Shown: positions 8,334 to 18,801, counted from the first letter of the stretch. The stretch: DNA of 64,000 bases from Opitutaceae bacterium (GCA_036502225.1 DASXYY010000029.1:14151-78150), one strand, 5' to 3'. Notes: generated by a model from the sequence alone, not told the origin. A program made the numbers and translations.

Positions 8334-9080
8334 TCAGGCCGGTTTGCTCAAGCCCAGGAGGAACTCTCTGTTCCCGTCCGCCCCGGTGATCGGCGAGTCC
8401 ATTTCGCCGATCAGTTGCGCGCCGGGCAATTCCTGCAGCGCCAGGCCGCGAACGGCGGCCAGCGCTGCGGCCTGCACCTGGGGATCGCGTATGACCCCGC
8501 GGCCCTTGTCGGCCTCGGCCTTTCCCGCTTCGAACTGCGGCTTGACGAGGGCGATCAAGGTGCCGCCCGCGGCGAGCTTCGGCCAGACCGCCGGCAGGAC
8601 GGAACGCAGGGATATGAAGGAAAGGTCCATCACCGCCAGATCATAAGTCGTGCGCGGCAGTTCGAATTGGTCGAGATGCCGGGCATTCACCTTTTCGAGG
8701 TTGGTTACGCGGGGATCGCGCCGGAGCTTGTCGTGCAGTTGCGCGCGGCCCACGTCCACGCAGGTGACCGACGCGGCGCCCGCCTGAAGCACGCAGTCGG
8801 TGAAGCCGCCGGTCGAGGCGCCCACGTCGAGCACGTGCCAGCCGGTGACATCGATTTGAAAACGCTCCAGCGCTCCCGCCAATTTTTCGCCGCCTCGGCT
8901 GACGAAGCGCGGCGGAGCCACGACCGTGAGATCCGCGTCGACGGGAAGCTCCTTGCCGGGTTTGTCCAGCCGCTCCGTGCCGGTGCGCACACGACCGGCC
9001 AGGATGAGCGCCTTGGCCTGGGCTCGGCTGGCGGCGAGTCCGCGCGCCACGAGCAATTCATCGATCCGCTGCTTGCTCAT
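8334..9080 (-). CDS. tlyA: TlyA-family 16S/23S rRNA (cytidine-2'-O)-methyltransferase
   Basis: ATG at 9080 ([16 protein letters not shown]4-like N-terminus). FtsJ-type SAM site [13 protein letters not shown]. The longer track ORF reaching 9599 is an Arg/Pro-rich artefact. Confidence 0.85.
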   Translation of the reverse strand: MSKQRIDELLVARGLAASRAQAKALILAGRVRTGTERLDKPGKELPVDADLTVVAPPRFVSRGGEKLAGALERFQIDVTGWHVLDVGASTGGFTDCVLQAGAASVTCVDVGRAQLHDKLRRDPRVTNLEKVNARHLDQFELPRTTYDLAVMDLSFISLRSVLPAVWPKLAAGGTLIALVKPQFEAGKAEADKGRGVIRDPQVQAAALAAVRGLALQELPGAQLIGEMDSPITGADGNREFLLGLSKPA

Positions 9081-9904
9081 CGGTGAAGTTTCTGGCGGCC
9101 CGGCGACCAGCAGGTTGTGCGTCCGCCGATGGTTTCGCGCCGCAGCGGAACGCCGGTGCGCGGGCAACGGCCGCCATCCTCCCAGCGGTGGGGCAACAGC
9201 CAATTGCGGGGCAGGGTGGCGTCCCGGTGGGCGGGGGTGAAATCGGCGGCGCCCCCGATCACTTCCATGGCCAATTCGCACACCCGGCGGCATTCGGTCC
9301 ACAGTCGCTTGGTTTCCGCCGGCGTGAGCGAGCCGCTCGGCTGACGCGGGTGGACGCCCGCGCGCCAGAGAATCTCGTCGGCCATCCAGTTGCCGACGCC
9401 GGGGAACCGCTCCTGCATCAGCAGGACGGCTTTGATGGGCGAGCGTTGGCGACGGGCGAGAAAGTCGCGCACCGCTCGGAGGGTGAAAGCCGGGGAGAGG
9501 ATGGCGGGGGCGATGTCGGTCCACCACCGGGGGGCCGCGGGGCCGGCGGAGAACTGCACCCGTCCGAATCGGCGTGGGTCGTTGAACACCAGGGCGCATT
9601 TCGCCGTTCGCAGGATCAAATGGTCATGCTTTCCGGCGACGTGACTCGCGGGAGCGACTGAGAGATCGCCCGTCATGCCGAGATGAATACCCAGCCAGCC
9701 GGCCTTGAACCGAAACATCATCTGTTTGGCGGCCGTTTCGGATGTTTGCAGGACGGCGCCGGTCAGCGCGCGGCGGATGGCGGACGGATCCGCGCCCCGG
9801 AAAACCTGCGCCCGGTCGTGGGTCTCGATTTGGAGAATCCGGGATTTTCCCAGCGCGTTGGCCCAGCGGCGGCGGAAGAAATCGACTTCGGCCAGTTCAG
9901 GCAT
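9077..9904 (-). CDS. Fpg/Nei-family DNA glycosylase / AP lyase
   Basis: ATG at 9904 gives [13 protein letters not shown] (catalytic Pro2/Glu3). It has an H2TH-like core. The C-terminal finger is degenerate: [25 protein letters not shown] keeps only 2 of the 4 canonical Cys. 4-nt overlap with tlyA. Confidence 0.8.
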   Translation of the reverse strand: MPELAEVDFFRRRWANALGKSRILQIETHDRAQVFRGADPSAIRRALTGAVLQTSETAAKQMMFRFKAGWLGIHLGMTGDLSVAPASHVAGKHDHLILRTAKCALVFNDPRRFGRVQFSAGPAAPRWWTDIAPAILSPAFTLRAVRDFLARRQRSPIKAVLLMQERFPGVGNWMADEILWRAGVHPRQPSGSLTPAETKRLWTECRRVCELAMEVIGGAADFTPAHRDATLPRNWLLPHRWEDGGRCPRTGVPLRRETIGGRTTCWSPGRQKLHR

Positions 9905-9987
9905 GGTGGAGGGGTATTGCACGGACTCTTGCGAATCGCCGCAAGCGCGGAGCCGGATTCCCAATTGAGTCCCAGCGGCCGCCGGGC

Positions 9988-10100
9988 TGTAGATCCGGGG
10001 GCTTATCCCGAGGTGGAGCGCGTTGTCCCTAACGCGCTGTTCGATGTCGAAAGCGGAAAAGCGCGTGGGGACCACGCGCTCCACCTCGCGATAGCGGGTC
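9988..10100. repeat. nested REP element: type B-like outer arms around a 73-bp type A doublet
   Basis: GTAGATCCGGGGGCTTATCCCGAG-GTGGAGCGCGTTGTCCCTAACGCGC-TGTTCGATGTCGAAAGCGGAAAA-GCGCGTGGGGACCACGCGCTCCAC-CTCGCGATAGCGGGTC. Lies between gmhB and the fpg-like gene. Confidence 0.85.
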
Positions 10101-10112
10101 AACGGCAGTTCG

Positions 10113-10676
10113 CTAGCGAAGCGTTTCGGCGAACTCGCCGAAATCGTCGTAAACGGGCACCTTGCCGGCGGCGACTTCCCGAATCGTTTTGGGATCGACC
10201 TTGCCGGTGCGCACGGCGGCGGCTCGGATGCCGGCGGCGAGAGCCGCGCCGAGGTCGGCCGCCGAATCGCCGACCATCCAGCAGGCCGACGGATCCAGGC
10301 CGTATTTGGCGATCGTTTCCGTGATGAAGCGCGGCGAGGGCTTTCGATACAACGATGGTTGGTGGGGCGCCTCGGGTGCGATGCAGATTTCAGCGAACAG
10401 GTCGGTCCCCAGACCCATCAGCTCCACCATGCGCGCGTTGACGCGATGGGTGTCGTCGTGCGTGTGATACCCCCGTCCGATGCCGGACTGATTCGTAAAC
10501 AAAAACAGCCGGTAGCCGAGTTCGCGCGCCCGCCGCAGGCCGGCGATCACCCCGGGAATGACTTCCACGCCGGCCGGATCGGACAGATAAACCTTGTCGA
10601 TGATCAGCGTGCCGTCGCGGTCGAGAAACAGCGCCCGGCCGCCGGCATCAATCGGAGGCAAGGGCGCGGAGCTCAT
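10113..10676 (-). CDS. gmhB: D-glycero-D-manno-heptose 1,7-bisphosphate phosphatase (HAD-IIIA)
   Basis: HAD motifs FLDRDGTLI and FTNQSGIGRG, plus MVGDSAADL. ATG at 10676. Confidence 0.8.
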   Translation of the reverse strand: MSSAPLPPIDAGGRALFLDRDGTLIIDKVYLSDPAGVEVIPGVIAGLRRARELGYRLFLFTNQSGIGRGYHTHDDTHRVNARMVELMGLGTDLFAEICIAPEAPHQPSLYRKPSPRFITETIAKYGLDPSACWMVGDSAADLGAALAAGIRAAAVRTGKVDPKTIREVAAGKVPVYDDFGEFAETLR

Positions 10677-11643
10677 CGGGCGTCACCGTCGCGGTGCCGA
10701 GCTTGCCGACGACGACGCCGGCGGCGGCGTTGGCGAAGTTCGCCGCCGACTCCAGATCGGCCCCGGCGGTCATTGCCAGCGTGAGCGCGGCAATCGCGGT
10801 GTCGCCCGCTCCGGAGACATCGTACACCTTTCGCGCCGCCGTCGGAATGATGCGGACGCGCTTTTCCCCTTCCGGGAGAATCGCCATGCCGTGGGGCCCC
10901 AGTGTCACCACCAGGTGCCGCGGGTGATACCGCTCCCGGATCGCCGCGCAGACGGCCGTGACTTCGTCCGGATCTTCGCTCGCCGCCAGGCGGAGGGCCA
11001 TCTCCTGGGCTTCCTTCCAATTCGGGGTCAGCAGGTCGACGTCGTGATATTCGTTGCCGCTGGACGGCTTGGGATCGGCCGCCACAAATTTTCCGGCGGC
11101 CCGGGCCGCTCCAATCAGCGCTGGGATCGCCGCCGCATTGAGCACGCCCTTGCCGTAGTCGGACAGCACGACGCCATCGCTGGATGTCATCTTGGCGGCG
11201 ATCGCGTTTTGGCGATCGCCGGCGGTCACCTGAGCATACACGCCGCGCCCTTGCTCAAAATCCAGCCGGCAAAGCTGCTGGCTGCGAACAATGATCCGGG
11301 TCTTGGTGATCGTCTGCCCGCCGGTCAGCCGGAAGCTCGGGTCGAATCGAATGCCTTGCTTCTCGAGGCGCTCCTCCAGCTTGCGGCCATTCGCGTCGTC
11401 GGCGATGGCGCCGATGAGCTCCACGATCCCGCCGAGCGACGCGATATTGTTGGCGACGTTCGCCGCTCCGCCCACCGTGTCGGTCTCGCGGCCGGCCAGC
11501 ACCACCGGCACCGGCGCCTCCGGCGAAATCCGCGTGGCGTCTCCAAAGATGTAGTGGTCCAGCATGACGTCGCCGACCACGAGAATGCGGCGGCCGCGCA
11601 CCGCCGAAAGCAGGGCGTCGATGCCTTTCACCGCAGTTCCCAA
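10648..11643 (-). CDS. hldA: D-glycero-beta-D-manno-heptose-7-phosphate kinase (RfaE domain I type, kinase only)
   Basis: ILVVGDVMLDHYIFGDATRISPEAPVPVV is typical of RfaE/HldA. PfkB motif DVSGAGDT. Start is TTG 11643 or GTG 11631. Confidence 0.8.
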   Translation of the reverse strand: MGTAVKGIDALLSAVRGRRILVVGDVMLDHYIFGDATRISPEAPVPVVLAGRETDTVGGAANVANNIASLGGIVELIGAIADDANGRKLEERLEKQGIRFDPSFRLTGGQTITKTRIIVRSQQLCRLDFEQGRGVYAQVTAGDRQNAIAAKMTSSDGVVLSDYGKGVLNAAAIPALIGAARAAGKFVAADPKPSSGNEYHDVDLLTPNWKEAQEMALRLAASEDPDEVTAVCAAIRERYHPRHLVVTLGPHGMAILPEGEKRVRIIPTAARKVYDVSGAGDTAIAALTLAMTAGADLESAANFANAAAGVVVGKLGTATVTPDELRALASD

Positions 11644-12767
11644 TCGTAGTGGTAGCTGGACAAGAAGCGCGGGGCCTTGGCGGTCACCTGGACGACATCC
11701 TCGATGCGGCAGCCGCCAATGCCGGGGTAGTAGAGGCCCGGCTCGACGGTGACCACCGTCCCGGCCTTGAGCTTGATGTCGGCGGAAGGGCTCATGCGGG
11801 GCGGTTCGTGGATTTCCAATCCCAGGCCATGGCCCGTGCCGTGGAAGAATCCCACCGAGCCTTGGGCGGTCGTTTTGGTTTCAAAACCGCGGTCGACAAA
11901 TACCTGGGCGGCGGCGGCGTGGACTTCCCGGCCGTTGACGCCGGCGCGGATGTGTTTGAGCGCGGCCAATTGCGCGGCGCGCACGGCGGCGACGATCGCC
12001 TTTTGGACGTCGCTGGCCCGTCCACGCAGGAAAGTCCGCGTCATGTCGCCATAGTAGCCGGTCGCGGTCACCCGCGGGAAGATGTCGAGGATGATCAGCT
12101 CGTTCGCCCGGAGGGGGCCGCTGCCGCGTTCATGGGGATCGCACGCCTGATCGCCGCCGGCGCAAATCGTGCCGGACGAAACGGCGCCGGCTTCGAGGCA
12201 TGCCGATTCGATCGCGAACTTGAGCCGCTCGCTCGTCAGCACGTTGCCGCGGTGATACAGGCGGCCGTTGCGGGCCTTCGACTCGCGGAGCACCTTTTCC
12301 GCCGCGGCGAATCCCGCCGAACTGGCGCGGTTGCCTTCGCGGATGCCCGCGGCCTCGGCCGCCGTCTTGATTTCGCGCTCGGGAAAAAACAGCGATCCGC
12401 TCTCCGGTTCGACCTTCACGCCGAGCTTGCGCAGGCGCTGGTAAAGTCCGGCCGGGAAGTCGTTCGGGACCCGGAAACTCCGGATCTGGTAGGTGCGGGC
12501 CAGCTGCGCGATGATGTCGGCGACTCCGGCCGATTGGCGCGGCCGAGCCTCCTTGGTCCGCTTCACCCAGTCCTCGAGCGGCAGCACCACGTCGAATTCG
12601 GAGGTGCGCTTGACGCGCCCGAATTCGAGGGCGCTCACCACCGCATACTTCTTGCCGCGGCGCCCGAATGCGATGAACGGATCCGGAATGTCCACCTGGC
12701 CGAAATAAAGGACATCGGCGCTTCGCTCCGAGTCCGCGTACAGCAGGGGCGAGGAAAGTTCAGCCAT
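11628..12767 (-). CDS. M24-family Xaa-Pro aminopeptidase
   Basis: Metal-site motifs DIFPRVTATGYYGDMTRTF and HGTGHGLGLEIHEPP. ATG at 12767. Confidence 0.85.
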   Translation of the reverse strand: MAELSSPLLYADSERSADVLYFGQVDIPDPFIAFGRRGKKYAVVSALEFGRVKRTSEFDVVLPLEDWVKRTKEARPRQSAGVADIIAQLARTYQIRSFRVPNDFPAGLYQRLRKLGVKVEPESGSLFFPEREIKTAAEAAGIREGNRASSAGFAAAEKVLRESKARNGRLYHRGNVLTSERLKFAIESACLEAGAVSSGTICAGGDQACDPHERGSGPLRANELIILDIFPRVTATGYYGDMTRTFLRGRASDVQKAIVAAVRAAQLAALKHIRAGVNGREVHAAAAQVFVDRGFETKTTAQGSVGFFHGTGHGLGLEIHEPPRMSPSADIKLKAGTVVTVEPGLYYPGIGGCRIEDVVQVTAKAPRFLSSYHYDWELR

Positions 12768-12806
12768 GCGACGGCAAGGTTAACCCCGCCGTCGCCGTCC
12801 GCTCAA

Positions 12807-13265
12807 CTATTCTTTCGGTATCTCGTTGTCGGTCTTCAGGACGAGCACGGGGGTCTTGGTCTTCACCCAGACCTCGGTCTCCTTGAAGAATTTCCCGGGG
12901 ACGTTCTCGATCGCCTCGCCGACGGTGCGCGCCGGATGCAGGTGGCCCTTCTTCGTCGAATTGTAGTCGTAGGCGGAGCGGAAGATTCGCTCCGGCGTCG
13001 TGGCCGGGCTTTCGTTGTCGGGTATTTGCAGAATCCAGCCCACGAAGTCGTGCTTCGGCAGGCGGCCGTTCGGATCGCTGACGAGGATCACGAACTGCTT
13101 CTTCACCGCCGGCGGCTTCTCATCCTCGCCGGGATCGGGCTGCACGGCCAGGTTCATCTCCTCGATCACCCGGCGCAGCATGGCTGGTTCCAGTTGGTTC
13201 TTTTTCAGGATCTCGGCCACCTTCGAGACATCGATCTTCGGCATAAGCGGCACAGCCTTGCCCAC
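12807..13265 (-). CDS. hypothetical protein
   Basis: ORF of 145-152 aa (GTG 13265 or ATG 13244) with coding-like composition. I recognise no motif. Confidence 0.45.
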   Translation of the reverse strand: MGKAVPLMPKIDVSKVAEILKKNQLEPAMLRRVIEEMNLAVQPDPGEDEKPPAVKKQFVILVSDPNGRLPKHDFVGWILQIPDNESPATTPERIFRSAYDYNSTKKGHLHPARTVGEAIENVPGKFFKETEVWVKTKTPVLVLKTDNEIPKE

Positions 13266-13294
13266 CGCTTCGGGAAATCGATAAAAAAGGCGCG

Positions 13295-13795
13295 ATGCAG
13301 ATCGACGAGTGGTTCGACGTGGTGGACGAGGAGGATCGGCCGGTGCGCCGCGAAATCCGGCGGGTGGTGCATGCCCAAGGACTTAGGCACCGGGCCATCC
13401 ACGTGCTGATCTTCAACCGCCGCGGCGAAGTCTTTTTGCAAAAGCGGTCGGCGCTCAAGGACATGTCGCCCCTGACGTGGGACTCCTCATGTTCCGGCCA
13501 TGTGGACGCTGGGGAGGACTACGATCACGCGTGCATCCGGGAATTGGGCGAAGAATTGGGTTTGGCTTTGAGCACGGTACCGGTCCGATGGCTGCGCCTG
13601 GCGGCGTGCCCGGAAACGGGCAACGAGTTCGTCTGGGTTTACCGGTTGAGCCACGAAGGTCCCTTTCGGCTGAGTCCGGCCGAAATCGAGCGCGGAGAAT
13701 GGATCAGCCCTCGGGAGCTGGTCCGACGGATTGCTGCCCAGCCGAACGAATTCGCGCCGGCTTTCCGGTTTATTTGGAGCCGCCTGCCGGAATGA
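13295..13795 (+). CDS. NUDIX hydrolase
   Basis: Nudix box GHVDAGEDYDHACIRELGEELGL (GX5EX7REUXEEXGU). ATG at 13295. Confidence 0.8.
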   Translation: MQIDEWFDVVDEEDRPVRREIRRVVHAQGLRHRAIHVLIFNRRGEVFLQKRSALKDMSPLTWDSSCSGHVDAGEDYDHACIRELGEELGLALSTVPVRWLRLAACPETGNEFVWVYRLSHEGPFRLSPAEIERGEWISPRELVRRIAAQPNEFAPAFRFIWSRLPE

Positions 13796-14165
13796 CCAGG
13801 TCGAACGGCGGAAGCAGGACGTGCAGCATGGTGCCGAATTCGTCCACGCCGTGAAAGCTGCCGTGCGCGCGCGCGTTGCACCCCGTGACATGGTAGCTGT
13901 TGTACGAGAACTGCTCTCCCGGGCTTAGCCGCGGAGTCTCGCCGACGATTTTGTCACCCTCGATCACCAGTCGGGTGCCATCGGAATGCAAAACCACCCA
14001 TTTGCGTCCGAGGAGCGTGATCGTCCGGTCCGTTCCGTTCCGAATCGTGATGTAGTAGACGAACGCGTGCGGCTTGTCGGGCGGCAGGCTGACGCCCCCA
14101 TGATGGTAGTAGAGTTTGTCCAGACGGGCAGTCAGCCCCGGCAGTTCCTGCGACTCACACGGCAC
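13770..14165 (-). CDS. apaG: ApaG (DUF525) protein
   Basis: FVYYITIRNGTDRTITLLGRKWVVLHSDG...GEQFSYNS...GSFHG matches the ApaG fold signature. GTG start at 14165. Confidence 0.8.
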   Translation of the reverse strand: MPCESQELPGLTARLDKLYYHHGGVSLPPDKPHAFVYYITIRNGTDRTITLLGRKWVVLHSDGTRLVIEGDKIVGETPRLSPGEQFSYNSYHVTGCNARAHGSFHGVDEFGTMLHVLLPPFDLVIPAGGSK

Positions 14166-14240
14166 GATTTAAGGGAAAGAGAATTTGGCTTTAGGCAAAG
14201 CGGGAATTGACCCTTTTCCAGGTTCAGACTGTCTGGGGTA

Positions 14241-15785
14241 ATGGCGCGTTTTGCCCTTCTTTCCGTTAGCGATAAACGCGGCTTGGCGGAGTTCGCCGCG
14301 GTTCTGAGTCGTGAACTCGGTTTCACGCTCCTTTCCACGGGCGGCACGGCCAAGCTGCTGAGCCAGGCGGGGCTGCCGGTGACCGAGGTGAGCCAGCATA
14401 CCGGCTTTCCCGAAATCATGGACGGCCGAGTGAAGACCCTGCACCCGAAGGTGCACGGTGGACTGCTTTGCCGACGCGATCTGGGGGCGCACCTCGATCA
14501 GGCCCGGGCCAATGGCATCGACCTGATCGATCTGGTGGTGGTGAATCTTTACCCGTTCGAAGAGACGGTCGCGAAACCGGACGTCACGCGCGAGGACGCG
14601 ATCGAGAACATCGACATTGGCGGACCCTCGATGCTGCGAAGCGCGGCGAAGAACCACGAAAGCGTGATGGTGGTATGCGATCCCGATGACTATGCCCGAG
14701 TACTTGAGGCTTTAAAGGACGAATCCAAGGGGCATGCCCTGCGCCGGGAATTGGCGGCCAAGGTGTTCGCGCGCACCGCCCGCTATGACGCGGCGATCGC
14801 GTCGTATCTGACGAGCTCGGAAGGGCCCGACCTCGGTGCGCTGGCCGGATTTCCTGCCGATTTCACGCGGAAGTGGGGCAAGGCACAGGACTTGCGTTAC
14901 GGCGAGAACCCCCACCAGAAGGCGGCGCTCTACGGCACCTTTCGCGAGCATTACGAGCAGCTTCAGGGCAAGGAGCTCAGCTATAACAATATTTTGGATA
15001 TCACTGCGGCGACCTATCTGATCGGCGAATTCGAAAAACCGACGGTTGCCATCCTCAAGCACACCAATCCCTGCGGCGTCGCGAGCGCCGATTCGCTGGT
15101 GGCGGCGTGGGAATTGGCGTATGCGACCGACCGCCAGGCGCCTTTCGGCGGGGTCATCGTCGTCAACCGGACGCTCGACGCGGACCTGGCCAAGGTGATC
15201 GCGGAAATCTTCACCGAAGTGATCATCGCGCCGCGCTTCAGCGACGAAGCCCGGGAGACCTTCGGCAAAAAGAAGAATCTGCGGCTCATGATCGCGAAGG
15301 AAGGCCTGGGCTCCGATGCCCTGCAGGAAATCCGTTCGGTTGTCGGAGGCGTGCTCGTGCAGGATCGCGACCGCACGCTGGGGGACGTGGCCGCGTTCAA
15401 GGTCGTGACAAAGCGCGCGCCAACCCGGCAGGAGTGGGACTCGATGCTGTTCGGCTGGAAGATCTGCAAGCACGTCAAATCGAACGCGATCGTCTACTCG
15501 CGCGGCGAACAGACGCTGGGAGTGGGCGCCGGACAGATGGCCCGGGTCGACAGTTCGCGCATCGCAGTCTGGAAGGCGGGCGAGGCCGGACTCGATTTGA
15601 AGGGCTCCACGGTGGCCAGCGAGGCCTTGTTTCCGTTTGCCGACGGTCTTTTGGCGGCCGCCGACGCCGGGGCCACGGCGGCGATTCAGCCGGGCGGGGC
15701 AATTCGCGATGCGGAAGTGATCGCCGCGGCGGATGCGCGGGGGATGGCGATGGTGTTTACGGGGATTCGGCATTTTAAGCATTAA
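14241..15785 (+). CDS. purH: bifunctional AICAR transformylase / IMP cyclohydrolase
   Basis: N-terminal MGS-like [11 protein letters not shown]...[11 protein letters not shown], length 514 aa, C-terminal AICARFT region. ATG at 14241. Confidence 0.95.
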   Translation: MARFALLSVSDKRGLAEFAAVLSRELGFTLLSTGGTAKLLSQAGLPVTEVSQHTGFPEIMDGRVKTLHPKVHGGLLCRRDLGAHLDQARANGIDLIDLVVVNLYPFEETVAKPDVTREDAIENIDIGGPSMLRSAAKNHESVMVVCDPDDYARVLEALKDESKGHALRRELAAKVFARTARYDAAIASYLTSSEGPDLGALAGFPADFTRKWGKAQDLRYGENPHQKAALYGTFREHYEQLQGKELSYNNILDITAATYLIGEFEKPTVAILKHTNPCGVASADSLVAAWELAYATDRQAPFGGVIVVNRTLDADLAKVIAEIFTEVIIAPRFSDEARETFGKKKNLRLMIAKEGLGSDALQEIRSVVGGVLVQDRDRTLGDVAAFKVVTKRAPTRQEWDSMLFGWKICKHVKSNAIVYSRGEQTLGVGAGQMARVDSSRIAVWKAGEAGLDLKGSTVASEALFPFADGLLAAADAGATAAIQPGGAIRDAEVIAAADARGMAMVFTGIRHFKH

Positions 15786-15858
15786 GGTGGAGCGCGTGGT
15801 CCCCACGCGCTTGTCCGCTTTCGACGTCAAACAGCGCGTGGGGACCACGCGCTCCACC
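15786..15858. repeat. type A REP doublet (73-bp form, spacer inverted relative to 7396)
   Basis: GGTGGAGCGCGTGGTCCCCACGCGC-TTGTCCGCTTTCGACGTCAAACA-GCGCGTGGGGACCACGCGCTCCACC. Starts immediately after the purH stop. Confidence 0.9.
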
Positions 15859-15910
15859 TTCATCTCCAATCTTCGGTGGCTTTCGGGCGCAAAACCAGGC
15901 AACGTAGGGC

Positions 15911-17290
15911 ATGTTCGATCCGGTCGAAAAGCTGAAGGAATTCATTCGCTTTCAGAGCGTATCCACCGACTCGCGGTTCAAGGAGGGGATGCAGGGCGCG
16001 CGGGAATTTGTTGCCGCCCTCCTGGCCGGCATGGGGTTCAAGGTCGAGGTGGTGCCGCTCAAGATTCATCCGCTGATCTTTGCCCAGCGCGGAGGCGATC
16101 CATCCTGGCCGCACGTGGTGATTTACGGCCACTACGATGTTCAACCGGCCGATCCCGTGGAGCTATGGAAGACGCCGCCGTTCGAGGCGACGCAGGTTGG
16201 AAACCGCGTGTACGGCCGCGGCGCGGCGGATAACAAGGGGCCGCTTCTGACCAACATCGCCGCCGTCGCGCGGCTGCTGGAAGAGAATCCCCAGGCGCCG
16301 ATCCGCATCACGTTTCTGATCGAGGGCGAGGAGGAAATGGGAAGTCCGAGTTTTCCGAGTTTTCTCACACAATACCAGGATCGTCTCAAGGAGGCGGATT
16401 TCGTCTATTTGTCGGATACCGCTCTGCCGCGGCCCGAGCAGGTCGTGGTCACCTGCGGACTGCGCGGGCTCGCGCTTTTCGACGTGATTGTAACCGGCGC
16501 CAAGATGGATCTGCACTCCGGGCTGCACGGAGGCGTGCTCCGCAGTCCCATTCAGGCGCTGGTGGAGATTCTCTCCACCCTCCACGATGAGAACGGCCGC
16601 ATCAACGTGCCCGGGTTTTACGACGACGTGCTCGACGTGCAGCCCTGGGAGCGCGAACAGCTCACGGCCCTGCGGGTGGACGAGAAGGCATACGCGGAAT
16701 TCCTGGGGATCGATACTTTTTACACGACGAAGGGATTTTCGCCGGCGGAAGCGATCCGCTTCATGCCCACGCTCGAATTCAACGGCATCGGCGGAGGATA
16801 TCAGGGCGAGGGAACGAAGACGGTCATTCCCAGCAGGGCGTTCGTGAAAATCAGCTGCCGGCTGGTGCCGAACCAGAGTCCGGACCGAATCAAGCAATTG
16901 GTCATCGCGGCAATTCGCGAACGCGCCCCCAAGGGCGTGAAGCTGGATTTTGTGGACCAGCACCAGGGCGAGCCTTACGTCGTGGTGCCTCCAGGCCGGC
17001 CCAACACGCCCAAGGATCAATCGCCGGTGCTGGCGCGCGCGTTTGCGGCGACGGAGCGGGCGGTGACGGACGTGTTTGGAAAACCGCCGGTCTATCTGCG
17101 CGAGGGCGGCAGCGTGCCGATCATCGCCGAGATCAAGAAGGTCACGGGCCTCGACTCGATCATGGTCGGGCTATTCCTGCCCGAGGACAATCTGCACGCG
17201 CCGAACGAAGGCTTCAGTCTCGACGTGATGAAGAAGGGCACCGAGGCGGCGTATCGGATGCTTAAGGACGTAGCCGGGGCGGGGGGGTAG
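15911..17290 (+). CDS. M20-family dipeptidase
   Basis: VVIYGHYDVQPADPVELWKTPPFE, GRGAADNKGP and EGEEEMGS are metal/catalytic motifs of M20 peptidases. Confidence 0.85.
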   Translation: MFDPVEKLKEFIRFQSVSTDSRFKEGMQGAREFVAALLAGMGFKVEVVPLKIHPLIFAQRGGDPSWPHVVIYGHYDVQPADPVELWKTPPFEATQVGNRVYGRGAADNKGPLLTNIAAVARLLEENPQAPIRITFLIEGEEEMGSPSFPSFLTQYQDRLKEADFVYLSDTALPRPEQVVVTCGLRGLALFDVIVTGAKMDLHSGLHGGVLRSPIQALVEILSTLHDENGRINVPGFYDDVLDVQPWEREQLTALRVDEKAYAEFLGIDTFYTTKGFSPAEAIRFMPTLEFNGIGGGYQGEGTKTVIPSRAFVKISCRLVPNQSPDRIKQLVIAAIRERAPKGVKLDFVDQHQGEPYVVVPPGRPNTPKDQSPVLARAFAATERAVTDVFGKPPVYLREGGSVPIIAEIKKVTGLDSIMVGLFLPEDNLHAPNEGFSLDVMKKGTEAAYRMLKDVAGAGG

Positions 17291-17311
17291 AAGACAACAA
17301 GACTTCAGGAG

Positions 17312-17390
17312 GGTGGAGCGCATGGTCCCCATGCGCTTAGGCCTCCATCCGCGTTTGACACCAAAGCGCGTGGGACAATGGACACACGCT
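17312..17390. repeat. type A REP doublet (long-spacer form), right arm decayed
   Basis: GGTGGAGCGCATGGTCCCCATGCGCTTAGGCCTCCATCCGCGTTTGACACCAAAGCGCGTGGGACAATGGACACACGCT. Confidence 0.75.
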
Positions 17391-17445
17391 GATCTGCTCG
17401 GCCTCGGGGTTCCGGAACCGCGATAACAGGCTTGCGACGTCGCTC

Positions 17446-17471
17446 AGCGCGTGGGGACCACGCGCTCCACC
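17446..17471. repeat. solo type A REP unit
   Basis: CAGCGCGTGGGGACCACGCGCTCCACC, 12 nt from the stop of the Pal-like gene. Confidence 0.8.
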
Positions 17472-17482
17472 TTCATGAATGC

Positions 17483-18133
17483 TTACGAGGTCGCAGGCGT
17501 CGGTGCCGCGGCGGCCGGAGCCGGAGCCGCACCACCCCCCGGGGCCGGCGCCACGGGCGCGGCGCCGGGCACGAGGAGAATGAACTCGTCGCGGCGGTCG
17601 TGCTTGCGGCCCGCATCGTCGGCGTTCTTTACCGCCTCTTCACTGCCCTTGGAAACCGTGTCGATTTTGTCGGCGCTGACGCCGAGACCGACCAGGAATT
17701 TCTTTGCTTCGTTCGCGCGGCGGTCGCCGAGCGCCAGATTGTATTCCGCCGTGCCGTGCCAGTCGCAGTGACCCTCGACGAGCAGGCGATACTGCGTGTT
17801 CTTGTCGAGGTAGTCCTTGACCGCGCTCAACTTCGGGCGTTCCGCGGATGAAATGCTTGAGCGGTCAAACGCGAAGAAAACGGGTTCGAGCTTGCCGCGG
17901 ATCTGGCCATTGGCATCCGCGTCGGGATCACGCTGGGTCAACCCACCGTTGTCGGGACCGATGTTCGTGGGCGAAAGGCTGCCGGTGCTGTTCGCCGGAT
18001 TCAGATTGCCGCCACCCTGGCCGATCGCCGTCGCGTCGGGGGAAGGACGCACCGGCTTCTTCGGACAGCCGGCCAGAAGCACGGCGACACCGGTCAAGAG
18101 CACAAGGGAGAGCTTGGACGAAGCGAATTTCAT
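17483..18133 (-). CDS. OmpA-family peptidoglycan-associated lipoprotein (Pal-like)
   Basis: Lipobox LLAGC. OmpA_C motifs VFFAFDRSSI and NLALGDRRANEAKKFL. Confidence 0.8.
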   Translation of the reverse strand: MKFASSKLSLVLLTGVAVLLAGCPKKPVRPSPDATAIGQGGGNLNPANSTGSLSPTNIGPDNGGLTQRDPDADANGQIRGKLEPVFFAFDRSSISSAERPKLSAVKDYLDKNTQYRLLVEGHCDWHGTAEYNLALGDRRANEAKKFLVGLGVSADKIDTVSKGSEEAVKNADDAGRKHDRRDEFILLVPGAAPVAPAPGGGAAPAPAAAAPTPATS

Positions 18134-18153
18134 CGGAAAATAAAGGGTAAAGA

Positions 18154-18801
18154 TTAAGAGGCGGACCTGGGCTGAATCAACCCAATATCCACAGCATAGC
18201 GCGTGAGGCTTGCAACATCGTGCAAGTTCAACTTGCGCATGAGATTGGTGCGGTGGTTGTCGACCGTTTTCATGCTGATGCCCAGCTTGGCCGCGATATC
18301 CTTGGTGCTGTGGCTTTCGGCCACCAATTGCAGGATCTCCCGCTCACGATCGGTCAGGAAGTCGGGGGTGCTGCTGGAGCCCGGGTTGGCCACCACGTTT
18401 CGCAGCAGGCCTGCGACCGCGGGGCCGAAATACGTGCCGCCGTTGGCCACGGTTTCCAGGCCCTTTTTGAATTCAAATAGGCCGGCCGTCTTCTCCACGA
18501 AGCCGTGCGCGCCCGCTTCGATCATTTCCCGAACCAGGACCGGGTTTTCGTAGCCCGAAAACACCAATACCCGCATGTTCGGCAGACGTTTGTTCAACCG
18601 GCGGAGGATATCCACTCCATTGAGCCCCGGCAGCTTGGCGTCGAGGACGATGACGTCCGGACGCTTGTCCAGGCAGATCTGCTGCGCCACCTGTCCGTCG
18701 CCGGCCTCGCCCACCAATTCAAACTGCTTATCCAGTCGGAGGATCTCGACGAGCATCTCCCGAATCGCGGTTTGATCTTCGATGATGACGAGGCGTTTCA
18801 T
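18154..18801 (-). CDS. NarL/FixJ-family response regulator (REC + LuxR HTH)
   Basis: ATG at 18801 ([10 protein letters not shown]). Receiver Asp in [14 protein letters not shown]. Lux[47 protein letters not shown]. Confidence 0.85.
   Translation of the reverse strand: MKRLVIIEDQTAIREMLVEILRLDKQFELVGEAGDGQVAQQICLDKRPDVIVLDAKLPGLNGVDILRRLNKRLPNMRVLVFSGYENPVLVREMIEAGAHGFVEKTAGLFEFKKGLETVANGGTYFGPAVAGLLRNVVANPGSSSTPDFLTDREREILQLVAESHSTKDIAAKLGISMKTVDNHRTNLMRKLNLHDVASLTRYAVDIGLIQPRSAS

Noticed and set aside
9081-9599. N-terminal extension of the tlyA ORF (analogous extensions: 9905-10102 fpg, 30218-30436 dapB, 31090-31728 dapA, 48242-48301 rmlA, 49309-49719 rmlB, 52633-53085 epimerase, 25986-26039 pafA)
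   Set aside because: The extensions are Arg/Pro-rich, overlap the upstream gene or a repeat, and the family-typical N-termini begin at the internal ATGs I verified.
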